64,000 nucleotides of DNA from Octopus sinensis (GCF_006345805.1 NC_043011.1:16318464-16382463), one strand, 5' to 3'; positions 24,500-38,790 are shown, counted from the first letter of the stretch. Notes: generated from the letters alone by a model not told the origin. Numbers and translations: made by a program.

Positions 24500-24710
24500 C
24501 GCATATTTTTTTCTCTCCTTCTTTCTGTGTTTTTTCTCTGTGTATCTTTCTGTTGAAGAGCGTAGGCTCGAAACGTTAAAAACTTCTTTTATTTATATTT
24601 CCTGAGCGCCATACTAATACAATTGTTGTTTGTATGATGATCTTCGTCTTTTGTTTATTTCCGTAAACCTGCCTTCGTCTTTTGTCTATTTTCATAAAGC
24701 TTCCCGTTAT
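24500..24710 (+). repeat. Family B remnant with hammerhead-like motif (CUGUUGA core) at 24546-24580
   Basis: CTTT-CTGTTGA-A-GAGC(GTAG)GCTC-GAAAC-GTT-AAA, followed by (TA)n. Confidence 0.7.
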
Positions 24711-24713
24711 ATA

Positions 24714-24880
<167 letters not shown>

Positions 24881-25109
24881 ATATAATAATAAGGGTAAAA
24901 TTAATTAATTGGTAATTAATAATTTTGCCAAGCAGTGTTCAGTACGTAAAAGGACCATTTACGGTATATTTAAACATTACTTTATATAATTAGGGTTAAG
25001 CAAAAAAAAATTACTTTACCACACACCGAATCTTTAGAAATAGCAGCCAAAGAATTTTAACTATTTCTCCTACTATAAGAAGAGTCTCTTCAGATCAGGG
25101 ACAAGTAGT

Positions 25110-26377
25110 TAAAATGTGTTATGTAATTGTCTGGGATGAGTGCACTACGGCTCACAAGGGAGCTTTGGAAGCATTAGATAGAGCCCTGAAAGACATCCGA
25201 GACAGTCAGGCTCCAATGGGAGGTGTAACGCTTCTGTTGTCAGGTGATTTCAGGCAACTCTTCCTGTCATTCCGAAAGGCACTAGAGCTGATGAAGTTCA
25301 AGCATGCCTTAAGTCCTCTACCCTGTGGAATCATGTTACAAACTTTAGTCTCACCACTAACATGAGAGCTCAGCTACACGGCGACAAAATGTAGACAAAG
25401 TTTGCACAGGACATTTTGACATTTGGTGATGGCAAGATGTCTCTCGATGCTGCAGAACAAATGGAAGTGTGGTCATTTTCCTCTGTTGTTAATTCTGTAG
25501 ATGACCTTAAAAACAAAGTCTTTCCCAACTTCACACAAAACTACCAAAATCACAATTGGCTGTGTGAAAGAGCAATATTAGCTCCAAAAAACGTCGCTGA
25601 TAACAAAATTAATCAACTGCTAATGCATTCTCTTCCCGGCACTATACACACTTACAAGTCTGTTGATACAATTCCAGATATAAATGAAGTTGTGAACTAT
25701 CCTCCTGAATTTCTCAATTCACTGGAGCCCTCCTCGACTACCTCCACACATATTACTACTTAAAGTTGGAACTCCTGTAATGCTATCTGGAACCACCAAT
25801 CTGGAACCACAATCTGGAACCACCAAGACTTTGCAATGTAGCACGACTGGTGATAAAGAAAATGATATTACACGTTATCGAGGCGATCATTCTTCTGGAT
25901 GTGGAAAAGGTGATGACGTCTTTATTCCAAGATTTCCTCTTACTCCATCAGGAGCAGAAATTCCCTTTACATTCAGAAGACTGCAATTCCTCCTTTGTGT
26001 CAGCTTTGCCATGTCCATTAACAAATCTCAGGGTCAAACCCTCTCTGTAGCTGGTCTTCTCTTGGAAGAGCCCTGCTTCTCGCATAGGCAACTGTATGTT
26101 GGCTGCTCAAGAGTAGGAACCAAAAGAAACCTTTTTGTATATGCTCCACAAGGAAAAACAAGGAACATTGTTTACAACGAGGTGTTATAATCTCAACAGC
26201 CAGGAGGTATATACATGATCCCCTTTTTTTAACAAACTTCATGTACTTTCATGTATTTATATTAACATACATATATTTGTGTGTGTGTGTATGTGTGTGT
26301 ATCCATATATATATATATAACAGAAAAGTCTAATTCTTCTATTGAATGTAACCGGGCAACGCCGGGTATCTCTGCTA

Positions 26378-26378
<1 letters not shown>
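25110..26378 (+). mobile_element. Helitron 3' part: PIF1-type helicase fragment and 3' terminus
   Basis: IVWDEC (motif II), LLSGDFRQ (motif III), WLCERAILAPKN, FAMSINKSQGQTL, HRQLYVGCSRV. GC hairpin CCGGGCAACGCCGGG at 26352-26366 followed by CTAG at 26375-26378. Confidence 0.95.
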
Positions 26379-26424
<46 letters not shown>

Positions 26425-26432
26425 AGTTTAAA

Positions 26433-26535
26433 GAAAACAGAGAATACACATAGATATTCACTTTTTAATCATTGTGTAGTCACATTGACTGCACAATAAT
26501 TAAAAAGTGAATATCTATGTGTATACTCTGTTTTC
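26433..26535. repeat. Hairpin, ~50-bp arms, 3-nt loop, next to (TA)n
   Basis: GAAAACAGAG.ATACACATAGATATTCACTTTTTAAT.ATTGTG.AGTCA-CAT-TGACT.CACAAT.ATTAAAAAGTGAATATCTATGTGTAT.CTCTGTTTTC. Confidence 0.93.
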
Positions 26536-27127
26536 CTTGAAGAATTAATTATTTTTCCTATATCGAAAAAATGAAGTCTTTGTAGGGAGAATTGGATTTT
26601 CGGAAGTGAAAAGTACTAAGAATGATCAAAGTAATTAACGACAAACATCAGTACATAAGCACAGAAAGGTTAACCTGAATTATCAATCGATAATAGCGCA
26701 AAACTGGTTCCCACTCGGATAAAATGTCCCCACAAAAAAATTTTTCGAATAAATTATTTGAAACCATATATAGGCAAATATCCATACACGCACACGTACA
26801 AGTACACACACACTCACACTAACACACACACACTCATACGCACACACACATGCGACAAGCACTGATGAAGATTAAATGAGGTTTAGGTGAGTTAAAATAA
26901 GTCTGTGACCTATTCTAACCTCTTAACGTTAATGCATTACAATTACCGTAGTTATAAATTCTTTATTGCGGTAATATTTGCAATATCTGACCAGTGCATT
27001 CCGCTAACGGATTCCCAAGGAGACATCTTTAGTGCTTTAGCCTTTCTCAGTTTTTGTCAGAAAGTTAGTATATGCATAAGCATATTTTTTATTAACCTAA
27101 TGTTCATGTGAATAAGCTAATTATGTT

Positions 27128-27197
<70 letters not shown>

Positions 27198-27249
27198 TAT
27201 TTGCGTCTGTGCGCCTATATATATATGTATATATATATATGTGTATATA

Positions 27250-27357
<108 letters not shown>

Positions 27358-27537
27358 ATAATAAAAATTAGGGAATAAATCCAAATTTACAAGGAAAAAA
27401 ATCAGATTTAGGATTAAATCCAATTTTATAGTAAAATATTATATAATATTAATTAGAGACAAAACCACTATTTTGCAAAACAAACAAGGAAAGACTTAAT
27501 CAATACATAAAATTTTAATAAAAAGTAAAAAAAAACG

Positions 27538-27581
27538 CCACTACGATTGTTTCATGTCCTCTAATGACAAACTTCAGGTGG
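27538..27581 (-). ncRNA. Degenerate hammerhead motif in the PLE pseudo-LTR
   Basis: CCAC-CTGAAGT-T-TGTC(ATTAGAG)GACA-T-GAAAC-AATC-GTA-GTGG. Stem I CCAC/GTGG; A9 is changed to U. Confidence 0.55.
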
Positions 27582-30363
27582 ATTTCCGATCTAAAATATC
27601 AATATATTAAAACATAAGTTTAAAATAATTTTAAAATAATAAAAAAATATAAATATATAATCTATATATAACCTATATATAATCCATATATAATCAATAT
27701 ATAATCTAAAATAAACCCTATCAACAATTAAATATAAAACAAAAAGATAAATAAACTATATATACACACATACGCATACACTTATAACTAAGTATATATA
27801 ACCATATCTAAATACGTACCCTAACTCACACACCTATGTATATCCCTATACATACACATAAAAACTTCTAGGGAACGATAAATAAATAAAATAGCCAAAT
27901 ACTTCAACACATTACTTATTCATACTCCCCCACACACACATACAACCCACATACATAAACAATATACATATACCCGCTCACACATACATATACATACATA
28001 CAGAACTCGATATATACACCAATATATTCACACCCATATCTATACAGATAAATAAATTACGCAAACAATCACACACACACACACACACACACACATTCAC
28101 ACATACATAAACACTCAAAAGAAAAATAAACAATTCATTACACGTGGTGATCGAACGTATTTTTAAAAATTATGAATGGAATACTATATAATCAACGTAA
28201 ATATACAGAATTTACTCCAAATCATTAATAAACCATCATGATAAATGAAACCCATATATACATATAATGATAAAACTCCCTTTAACCAAACACAATAATA
28301 CCTATATAGCAATCTCCATAGATACATTCACACACAAATACACATACGTAAAACACACACACACAACATATACTTATACCCCCTCACATATACATATACA
28401 TACGTACTAAACTCGATATATACAACAATATGTCCACACCCACACTCATACAGATAAATAAATTACACAACCAAAATATGCACACACACACACATTCACA
28501 CATACATAAACACTCAACAGAAAAACAACATTACTACACATAATACGATATAGAAAATACTCCGTAATTAACCAGAATATCATAAGTAACAAGATTAACA
28601 TAAGGAGAAAAAGATATATACATACTTTCAAATCAGTTTCAATTTATGAAGTGAAATTAAACTCTAGCCGTTATAACGTCAAACAAAAGTACGTTACCAT
28701 AGGAACCTAACATATGTATAAAAAGTCTTCGCGCTATGTAAACGAACGTCATTTAAAATTATGAATGGAATATATGGAATTAAAAATTGTTTGCGCGTGG
28801 TAAACAAACATTACTTAAAAATTATGAATGGAATAATGTAATAAAATATCAAACGTCTTAAATATACAGAAATTACCACAAATTCTTTAATAAAACTACC
28901 GTGATAAACGAAAACTCATAAAAACATATAATCATAAAACCTCCCTTTACTAAACACTATAACATACCTATATAGCAATCCCCCTAACCTATACATTCAC
29001 ACACAAATACACACACGTAAACCACACACCCACAACATATACAAATACCCACCCCACTCACACATACCTATACATACGTATAAACCTCAATATATACACC
29101 AAAATTCACTCTCACACCCATACAGATAAATAAACATATACATCCTTAAAAAATGGGTGCAATCTCACGCACATCAATCATGCATGTATACAAGTGCATA
29201 CACAAACACACACTTTTACATAGCAATCATGCACTCCCACATCTACACATGCACTTATACACGCGCACACATGCACACACACCCATCAACATGCATATTC
29301 ACGGACACTCTCCTAGACATCCAAATATACGTATAAATGGCTACAAACCAATACCCAATAAAAAAACTACCATGAACAACAAACCAAGCTATAATGCATT
29401 CTAAATAAAATAAATGAAATCCATACATACAAATAAAAGATAAAACCCCTTACCAAAAACACAACACACACAAATACACACACATATATACACACACCCA
29501 CAAACATAACCATATACTTACTCTCACAAACATATACATACGTACAAACCTCTATATACACCAGTATATTCATTCCCACACTCAATAAATTATTAAATAA
29601 ATACATATACAAACATAAACATATATATATATAAAAAAATATATATATATATATATATACATTCACACATATCATCACATACACATATATATAAAAAACA
29701 GTCATTCAAAAAAGTAAATAAATATTAATATATATATATTTATATATGAGTGTGTACACGCAGACGGGTGCAAACACACGCACATTCAAAACATTCATGT
29801 ATACAAGTGCATAAATAATCCCACTCAATTACATAGCACTCATACTCTCCCGCATCTACACTTGCACTTGTACACACGCACACATGCATACACACCCATA
29901 CCTACATATTCACGGACAATCTCCTAAATATCTAAATAAACGTATATTATAACAGACAATACCCAAATAAAACTGCCATGTTCAACATACCAAATAAAAT
30001 ACAAAGGGATCTTAAACATTCACACATACATACAAAACTCAATATATACACCACTAAATACACCCAATCATCCATAATAATATATCATCAAATATACATA
30101 TAACATATACATAATAAAAATACATAATAAAATAAATAAATAAGTAAATAAAATAAAATAAATCTAATATAAATTATTAAAGTTTTAACGTACCATAAAC
30201 TGTTCTATATTAATATACATTAAACATGAACTAATTAAAACAAAGAAATATCAATTAAAGACTAACTATAATTAAAGCCTAAACTACATAACTAAAGATA
30301 TATAATACTCTAAACTAAATTTAATATTAAACTAAAGTATCTTTTAATAGGGAACTCTTATTG

Positions 30364-31156
30364 TTATTTATCATGAAACTTATTATATAGGTAAAGTAAC
30401 CTATGTCTGCATTTTATTTTGCGCTCTTCACCTGTATTAAGTAAATTATCATACTTATAAAATAAAATTTCTTTAAACTCATTAGAGCATAAATAACAAC
30501 AATTCAGTATATGATTTAGTTTTACAAATTATTTCCCAAATTAAACTATAATTAATATTTTGTGATTTAAGTCTCCAAATGTACTTACTAAGTCCAGTTG
30601 AGCTGATTAAGTTTTTATTTTTAAAATAATTCATATGTTGTGCGATTCTTAATTTTACTTTTGAGGAAGTAGACCCTATATAAACCGCTTTTGGGTAATT
30701 ATTATTCTTAAAGTTATTATCATGTAATGTAACTATACATTTATACACTACATCGTTAATATCACAATTATTATTTAATATACATTTAGATTTATCTCTA
30801 CAAGTACAATTAATATAAGTCTTATCATTATTATTATTATTAACAAATAATTTATTTTTATAAAAATTATTCAGTTTAAATTTATTAAATGAAGAAATAA
30901 TGTTACCTACATTATTAGTGGTGGAATAACCTACTCCAAAATTATTACTAGAGAAAATGTTTCTATATTTACGATTATCTCTAATAAATAGTTCTATAAC
31001 ATCTAAAATCTCTTTGATAATATTCGTTTTTACTTGATCACCATAAGGAACTATTAACCAAATTTTATTCTCATTAACCTTATTATTATTGTCATTATTA
31101 TAAATATATTTATTATTCTTTATCTTATTAAAAGTATTATAGGAATTAACTGGCAA
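30364..31156 (-). pseudogene. PLE ORF C-terminus with GIY-YIG endonuclease (Naiad-like Cys pattern), frameshifted near 30500
   Basis: CTCRDKSKCILNNNC..VVYKC, AVYIGSTS..KLRIAQH, LSKYIWRLK, then in a shifted frame CCYLCSNEF..LLNTGEERKIKCRH. Confidence 0.88.
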
Positions 31157-32759
31157 ATGTTAGGTCTATCATTCGTCTTCAGTCGGCTCTGCTATTCTCT
31201 CAAGTGATTGTACACGTAAGTGCCAAAAAATATATAATGCTTATGCAGAAGTTGTTAGCAGTGTGTGCAACCTTAGGTCAAACTAAACAGAGCATTCGTG
31301 AAAAAAGTAAGCAATGCGGACGTTTCTGACACATCTCTTAAGTGGTATGAAGGATTTAATTATCTAATGTTTTTTAATTGCTGAAGACGGCATAGTGTAG
31401 TTTGGTACAAACCGCCCGTTGTTTTACACCGTGTAGAGATTCAGATAGAAGTGGGATGATCTCTACTGGTCTTAAACAGATATTAAGTAACAATTTTGTC
31501 CTTTAGTAGTGACTCAGATGAGTGGCGTCAATTAGATATTTTGCTTCAGCTGAAAGATAGTTAATTTTATTCAGTAATTGATTTAAATTGAAATTTACAC
31601 ATACGTATAAAATAGATGTTAAACGTAAACATTGTAAAAACTTTAGTGTTGTTTGTAAAAGAAACACTTCAAGTTTTACTGATGAACAAAAGGAAATAAA
31701 TGAAAGAAATACAACGAAATAGAGCCAAATATATATGACACAATAGTCAGCTTTCCAACTAAACAGCCTTATAAAAGCATATAATTATCGCAAAATATTT
31801 GTTCCCCTATCGTAATGAAATTATTTGTTAATGTGTTAAATTTTAGTAATTTAGAAACCTTTTAATGGTTTAAAATGTAATTTTCAGATTCGAAAATGAT
31901 TATGGTTATCTGGCCCCAGGTCATGTAGAAGAACGTTTGGGGTTGCATAAGTTATTCAATCCAAAGAAACTTCATGACTAATTGATGGTGAGTTATTTAG
32001 GGAAGTTGAAATGTAGAATCGATTTCTTTTAGTTGACTCTAAATGTCACGTTTAAGTTATAACATATTACAACGGATAAAGCAACAGGTGGTAAAATACT
32101 TATTAAATTATCTTCAGACTATAACATATTAATGCTATATCCTCATGCATTTAATTCGTAGAGTGTAGTGACCACATTTAAAATATGTTGGTGTATTAAA
32201 CTGCTAAAAAAATTAATACATATCTTAGCAAATAATTGAAACTTTCATGGAAGTTAAATAAGCATTTAGAGATACCGAGATGTTTTGTAAAGAAAATGTA
32301 TCTACTTCGCTCGAGAGAAGATATTTTATGCTCGACATATACGTTTTAATCACTCTATTTCTCTCTTTCTTTCTCTCTCTCTTTCCCTGTCGCTTTCTTT
32401 CTTTCTCTCTCATTCTTTCTATCTCCTTTTCTCTTTCTCTCTCGCTCTCCCATATACAGTTATTCGACCCTGATCAATAACACGATAAATATTAAAAGAA
32501 AATATACGATGGAAGTTCCCCATAAAAAGTAATTTATTCTGCTGTTACCAACCATAAACTTTTAAAACTTTAATTCGTTAATCACAATCTGTCAAACTCG
32601 TCTAGCCTTCTTGTAAACTTATATCTTTCAGGCAATACTTTTCAAATTTTTTCAACGGTAAAAACATCAACTGCGTTAATGAAAACACCATAATTTCCTT
32701 TATTTATTTATTCATATATTTTTTCTTATTATAACCATTATTATTTTTTTTCATATTAT

Positions 32760-33350
32760 TTCATCTTCCGACCGGGTCTCAGCCAGAGACCACAGCACCT
32801 ATATATTAGATAGTAAGACAATTCTTGCCATGTTGAGTGGTTTATTCCTACGCAATGTTTTGAACTTCGTAGACTGTTCGTTTCCTAAGAATCTGGTAAA
32901 CAAGTTTGTTCATACCTTTCTTGGTTATTTCCAGGACACTCACAACAGTGATGGTTTTAGTTTTGCAATTACCAAGTCCTATATATCTCAATCTCAAGGT
33001 CCTTGTATTTTGATAGAGTTTCAAATTCTTTTGCTGATATATTTTTATTAGTAGGCACCGTCTTGTCAACTAACACGCACGTCTATTTTCCTCTTATGTC
33101 TTTGATGACGATGCATGGCCTGTTATCATTTATTTGCCTGTCTGCATGAATCCCATAATTCCTTAGGATGGTAACATTCGATTCCCCAATGAATGTTGAC
33201 GATACCAGCTATTAGGTTGCAGGATATATTAGTGACAGCATATGCACCAGAGCAAGTATTGGCTATCTAGATCATGCTTGGTATTATATACTGAAGGAGA
33301 AAAGATTGAGCAATCGGTAACACCGAAGTCAATGCTCCCAGGTTAATGAT
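32760..33350 (-). mobile_element. 3' end of an RLE-type (R4/Dong-like) non-LTR retrotransposon, decayed
   Basis: Remnants of the Cys/His region, WD..QTDR..NRP.IVIKD, KTKTI.VV, and KKGMNKLV.QI...VYEVQNIA of the restriction-like endonuclease, followed by an ATA/TAA-rich tail. Confidence 0.8.
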
Positions 33351-33699
33351 CGGAAAGTCTAGACTTTGCGTTTGCCCCATTGTGCGTGACATTAGCTTGG
33401 TAGGTCCGGATGAGGAGACTGATCTTGTCCCGCTAGGACAAAACATTCTTCTGTTGTTTTGTCAGCACCGCGTGTTTCAAGTCACTCAAAGTGTTTTTAT
33501 TATTTCAACTTTCTTTGAAAAAAGATGAGCTTCACTGTGTTTGTATGACGTTCAATTTGAAAGATTCTGAGGAGCTGCTAATATCATTTCTTCCAACGGT
33601 ACAAAACTTTTGATTTTCTTCAGTGGAATTGAAATTGCCTTTTTAATAAAGCGATGTGTACGTTCCCGAGCTTGGGCGTGAGCCTTAAATCTCGAGGAA

Positions 33700-34060
33700 A
33701 CGGTATACGATTAATATGCAAAGGGGCAACACGTCAAAAATAAAATCTGTCTTTGACGGATCTGGAGATGTGTGCGGCACAGAGTACAAGCAACGTTGTA
33801 CGACTGTGTGGATTTTCAGCGTTATTTCAGCCAAATATTTGGGCGCATATACGACTGGAGAGGACGATGAACCACATATCCCTAACCGAGAGCGAGAGAT
33901 GTGGCTGAATCTACGAGGGCGAAATCGGATAGGCTTGATATCTATTTTATTGGCTTTACTCTTTAAACGGACATTTTCGTGGAATTTTCGCCGATGTCTT
34001 ATACAACTGGCAGTAGGATGGAAGAAATACCAATTATTCAAAACCAGCTATTATTGTGCA
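33700..34060 (+). mobile_element. Possible BEL/Pao LTR-retrotransposon pol fossil
   Basis: SKIKSVFDGS and LNLRGRNRIGLISILLAL resemble the Pao RT motifs TK.RVVFDAS and SLN..L..GP.L...L..IL. Weak. Confidence 0.3.
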
Positions 34061-34189
34061 GCTGAGATAGAAACAGAAGATAGATAATTTTTATAATTTA
34101 GCCAGTAGTTCTGCTAAATGCAGAGCTGAAGTTTCAGGTGTATGTGTGTGAGTTTGGATTTGTGGGTGTTTGTGTGTCTCTCTATGCTC

Positions 34190-34388
34190 ATCTCCCTACT
34201 AACGCTTGACAACCGAAACTTGATTGTTTAGGCCGCCGTAACTTAGCAGTACGCTTCAAGAAGCTAATAAAATGTGTGCAAGACTGGTAAATTAAATAGA
34301 TATCGGATTCAATTGGTTTCACCAAATCGTTCAGAGCTGTGTGCCTGCATAACCGCAGTTCAGTTACTGAAACCAATGAGAGATAAAA
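34190..34388 (+). mobile_element. Degenerate SINE 3' part
   Basis: GCTTGACAACCG..CGTAACTTAGC and tail GCAT..CCGCAGT..TACTGAAAC..GATAAAAGA resemble the tail of 45468-45878. Confidence 0.55.
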
Positions 34389-34400
34389 GATGATATATTT

Positions 34401-34493
<93 letters not shown>

Positions 34494-36683
34494 CACACAC
34501 AGAACCCTCTCCAGCCAGAGCTTGAACATAGTCTCCAGCAGCTTCGCATAGCCGCTTCGATTGAGTCTTAGGCCAGTTCAAAATGTCGACGCAAACAGAA
34601 AACTTGCCGTGTCCCGTTGCAGATGTCCAGCACGTCTTACAGCATTTACAGTGTTCACAGAATATTGAACAGTAGTCATGATATGGGCATTTCCATATAT
34701 AGCGCAAATCCTCATGCTTTCTGTTAACAATTTTCCTATATTCGAATGACTTACTCTTCAGCATGTCACGTAACTATTTCTGAACTACAACTTTAACCTT
34801 TATGCTCTCCAACGCCGTTGACTGTTTACGAATTCATCAAGCTGTTCCCGAAGAATCGATATAAATTAACCGGACCGTCCTGTAAATCAATACGTATTCC
34901 TTATTTGTTCAGTACTTTATGCATTCTTTTGCCCTTTGATTTGAAGCCGGCCTTCAACGTGTAGATCTTTGTCAAACGTATTTCAGTTATATTTATCTGG
35001 TTTTCTTAACTATATTGTTTTACACTTATTTCCATATGTTTTCATTTATTAAATGTTATATTCGAATGTGAAAGTAATTTTATGGTTATATTCAGCAGAC
35101 CAAACGGCAGTGATACGGTCCTTAGCGTATTAGGTATTGAATTTCGTAGTATAAATGTATCACAGAGTTTCAAAAATACAGCGCCTAGATTTCAGGGTTC
35201 ACACATTGAACAAATAATTCATTATCATTTACATGCATTAAGAAATATGCTCAAATTCGAATGATGAAAGTGTTCTGCATAGATTTATTTTAAATTGTTA
35301 TTAATTCTCATGTGTTTGAACTATATGAATTATGCAATGCTATTGATATCAGAGGATCTTTGCTTAATATATAATTCCTTGTTTTGTTTGCGATTACTCC
35401 TGGAAGGGATAGCTTTTAGACCCACAAAGGTGAAACGTTGAATGAATTTATCTTAATTATTAATGTTACATTTCTATAATAAACGTTCCAAAATATTTCG
35501 AATATTATGAAATATTCAACGCCTCTCATACTCGCTGGCATAGCGCATTCATCAATGACTATTTAAAATTCATAATAATTTGCAATGAATTAATGCAATA
35601 AATTCCGGAATAAAATTGATTATTTTGATTTTAAGATGAAATTTCACAAGGTAATGATGACGTGATGAGAGAACAGATCATTATTTTGAACTGATAAAAC
35701 AAATGTCGTGTTTCTGCAATAACTGATTAATCACACTCAACATTAGATGACATTTATACATTTTCTCACTTTATTTCTAAATATCATTGTATTCTTTATT
35801 AAAATTGAATGCAGGATATGCTGAATATACACGAAATGTCGAATGTGCAGGAAAATCAGATTGTAGAAAAATTGCTGTTTCCTGGGTATACATTTCATTC
35901 TAAAACTGGTATCTCTAGGAATTCATATCGAAACTTTAGTAAATGTGTTGCCTTCAAATAACCTCTTGTGTGTTATATGGTATAAAATAACAATAAAATA
36001 AAATCTAACTTTTGTACTTGGAGCAATATATATACACAAAACCTCCTGATAAATTATGATCTCATAGATAAAATTCACTAGTGTGTTAAATGTTGGAACA
36101 GAATTTGCTACAGCTAATATAAAACTGTCATTGCTCAACCAGAATTGAACTTGACATTCACAAAAGCAATAAATACAAACTAACAAAAATGTTGGTTAGT
36201 CACTTTGAGACTGCTAATGGATCACGAAACCCTAAAACTTTATCTCCAGGAAATATAGATTTCCTTTTCTCAAGTGTAGCGTTAACTAGAGTTATTTATC
36301 GATAGCATTATAGACAGTTTCATCCCCATTTCTTAAAAGTTACTCGAAGGCAAGATCTTTCTCGTTACATTAACTTTCTTTGTACTTTTTAAACCGAATG
36401 CAGAGATTTGAGTGAAAAACTCCGGATTAGATATTTCATTTCTTTCATTTTACTCTCTCCTTTACTGTACACCTTCAGAAGAAATAATGCACTGCTCCTC
36501 CTTACTAAAAAATGCTAAAAACGAAAACCCTAGAAAATAAGACTCAGCTAATAAATTGATACTTCCAACACGTTGCTGGTTATTTATAAAACCACACACA
36601 CACACACACACACATACAAACACACACAACTCAAACACGCACACTGATTCGCCCCACAAACATATACTCAGATGCACATGCAT

Positions 36684-36984
36684 GTTTGTTCCTTCTCGAG
36701 CCACACCTGGCTCATAAGGGCCGGTTTCCCGGTTTCCTTGGCGTATAGGTTCCCCACCTGCACGGGACGCCGGTCCGTCGCAGGTGAGCTGCAAGATGCA
36801 GGAGGAAAGAGTGAGAAAAAGTTGTGGCGAAAGAGTCAGCAGAAGTTCGCCATTACCTTCTGCCGGAGCTGCGTGGAGCTTAGGTGTTTCGCCCATAAAC
36901 ACACACATCGCCCAGTCTGAGATTCGAACTCGCAATCCCTTGCCCGCGAGTCCACTGCTCTAACCACTAGGCCATGTGCCTCCA
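36684..36984 (-). mobile_element. tRNA-derived SINE (family 2 head, different body) with a 15-bp TSD
   Basis: CAGATGCACATGCAT flanks both ends (36669-36683, 36985-36999). Head GGAGGCACATGGCCTAGTGGTTAGAG..GAGTTCGAATCTC. Confidence 0.92.
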
Positions 36985-38581
36985 CAGATGCACATGCATA
37001 CAGAACCATGTCCTGTATAATAGGCTGAATTTTAACAACTTTCCTTCTTTCCATGTATAATCGTTTGACCGACCATTATTCAGACTGTTGTTATGCTAGG
37101 TGATTTTACCGAATTTACACAGAGGATTATTTGTTCATCGCAATAATGACGATATTCAAACAAACTGAATTCCTATTTGTTAAATCAGGAAGTAATCGCT
37201 GACTATTGCAAAGACACGTATGTCCCGGTCACATGTGCTTCACGTACTATTGTTGGAACAAACGTGACAAAATGAGAGACGGATACAAAGAAAATGTAAC
37301 CCCAGTGCCGGGATTTTTTTTATCGGTTATGAAAGGATGAATATAATGAAAACTTTAACTAGACGGAATTTGGAGTCAGAGCATACTCGGAGCACAGATA
37401 TCTCCTCTAACGATTTTATCAAATCGCCACCACTGTCTTTCATTATCGAGAATTACATAGCAGACCGTAAGTCTAATTCATTTGAGACGGTAGGGTATAC
37501 TTTGAGATAGATTCAAGCTGCTGATTCGAGTATGTGGAACGGTTATATAATAGCAACAATAAACACCGAATAGAAAGTAAGAGAACCGAAATGGCCGACC
37601 TTATAAATATATAAACAATTAGAACATAATCTGAGAACTAATGGAACCCTAATCATGGAAGCTGTTACTAGAGCTGGAAGATTTGGATGCCTAATTCTAA
37701 TTTATATTAATCACATTTTCTTAACTCGTAAACAGATAATTTTGAAGGAATTATTGCAAATGAAATGATGCTTTAATTAATTTCACTTATATTATCGGTA
37801 ATTAGAGCGATATACATTATTAAAACAGGGAAATATTTAAATTAATTTGTTACTGCGTTATCCAGAGAATGATCAATGGTTTTTCTAACTCCACATTTAC
37901 AATAATTGTAATTTATTAACAAATCATTTTATTGTGTTTCCCATAATATGAAAGCAAGAGTTGTTTTAGTATATATAGTGCATTGTAAATAAATGTTGCA
38001 TAATATGAGTAAAAGTAAAGTTTCACGGCACGATAACAAAAATACCGAAGCAATTTTTTTATTATTACGTTGCTTCGAATTACAAATATACACGGATTGA
38101 AATGACATACATATATACAAACACCCTAATATTTATATTCACGTATACATGTAAGATTCTATCTATTTATACTTGCATCTATCTATTTCTCTATCTATCT
38201 ATCGCTCCCCCCCTCTATGAACATATATATATATATATGTATAATAACGAGGCCGGCTAAGCGCGATATAAAGCCAAAAAGGAAAATCTCAATTGTCACC
38301 AATGGTGACTGAGGGCGCAAGGCACGTTCTAGATTGCTAGCCATTCGTACATATGGTAAATGCTATATACTGACAGCTCGGATTTAGCTTAACTCTCAGT
38401 GATGGAGTATTCACTCCTGGTGTTCTAAACGAAACTACCATGCTAATATAGTGATCTCGATCGTTGTGGGATGTTGATCTCCCCTGCTAGTGCATAGACT
38501 TCTTCTTTTCGCTGCTACAATGGCCTTTGACTCTGGTTACTCTTGTTTTTATGAATGTACGTGCAACCCCGCACTCTCAGA

Positions 38582-38673
<92 letters not shown>

Positions 38674-38695
38674 ATATACATATATATATATACAC

Positions 38696-38727
<32 letters not shown>

Positions 38728-38749
38728 ATATATACATATATATATATAT

Positions 38750-38790
38750 AATTAAAAATGAGGGTGTCTAAGACACCCTCATTTTTAATT
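38750..38790. repeat. Perfect 19-bp-stem hairpin abutting (TA)n
   Basis: AATTAAAAATGAGGGTGTC-TAA-GACACCCTCATTTTTAATT. Confidence 0.92.

Larger units (their letters stand above)
27365..31190 (-). mobile_element. 5'-truncated Penelope-like retroelement: GIY-YIG C-terminus, long 3' region and pseudo-LTR
   Basis: GIY-YIG ORF at the upstream end, hammerhead-bearing terminal repeat at 27365-27600 abutting (TA)n, and continuous strand-asymmetric sequence between. That these form one unit is inferred. Confidence 0.65.

Noticed and set aside
25055-25100. Minus-strand CTGAAGA..GAAATAGTT hammerhead-like motif
   Set aside because: Stems I and III cannot be formed convincingly; at most a heavily decayed relic.
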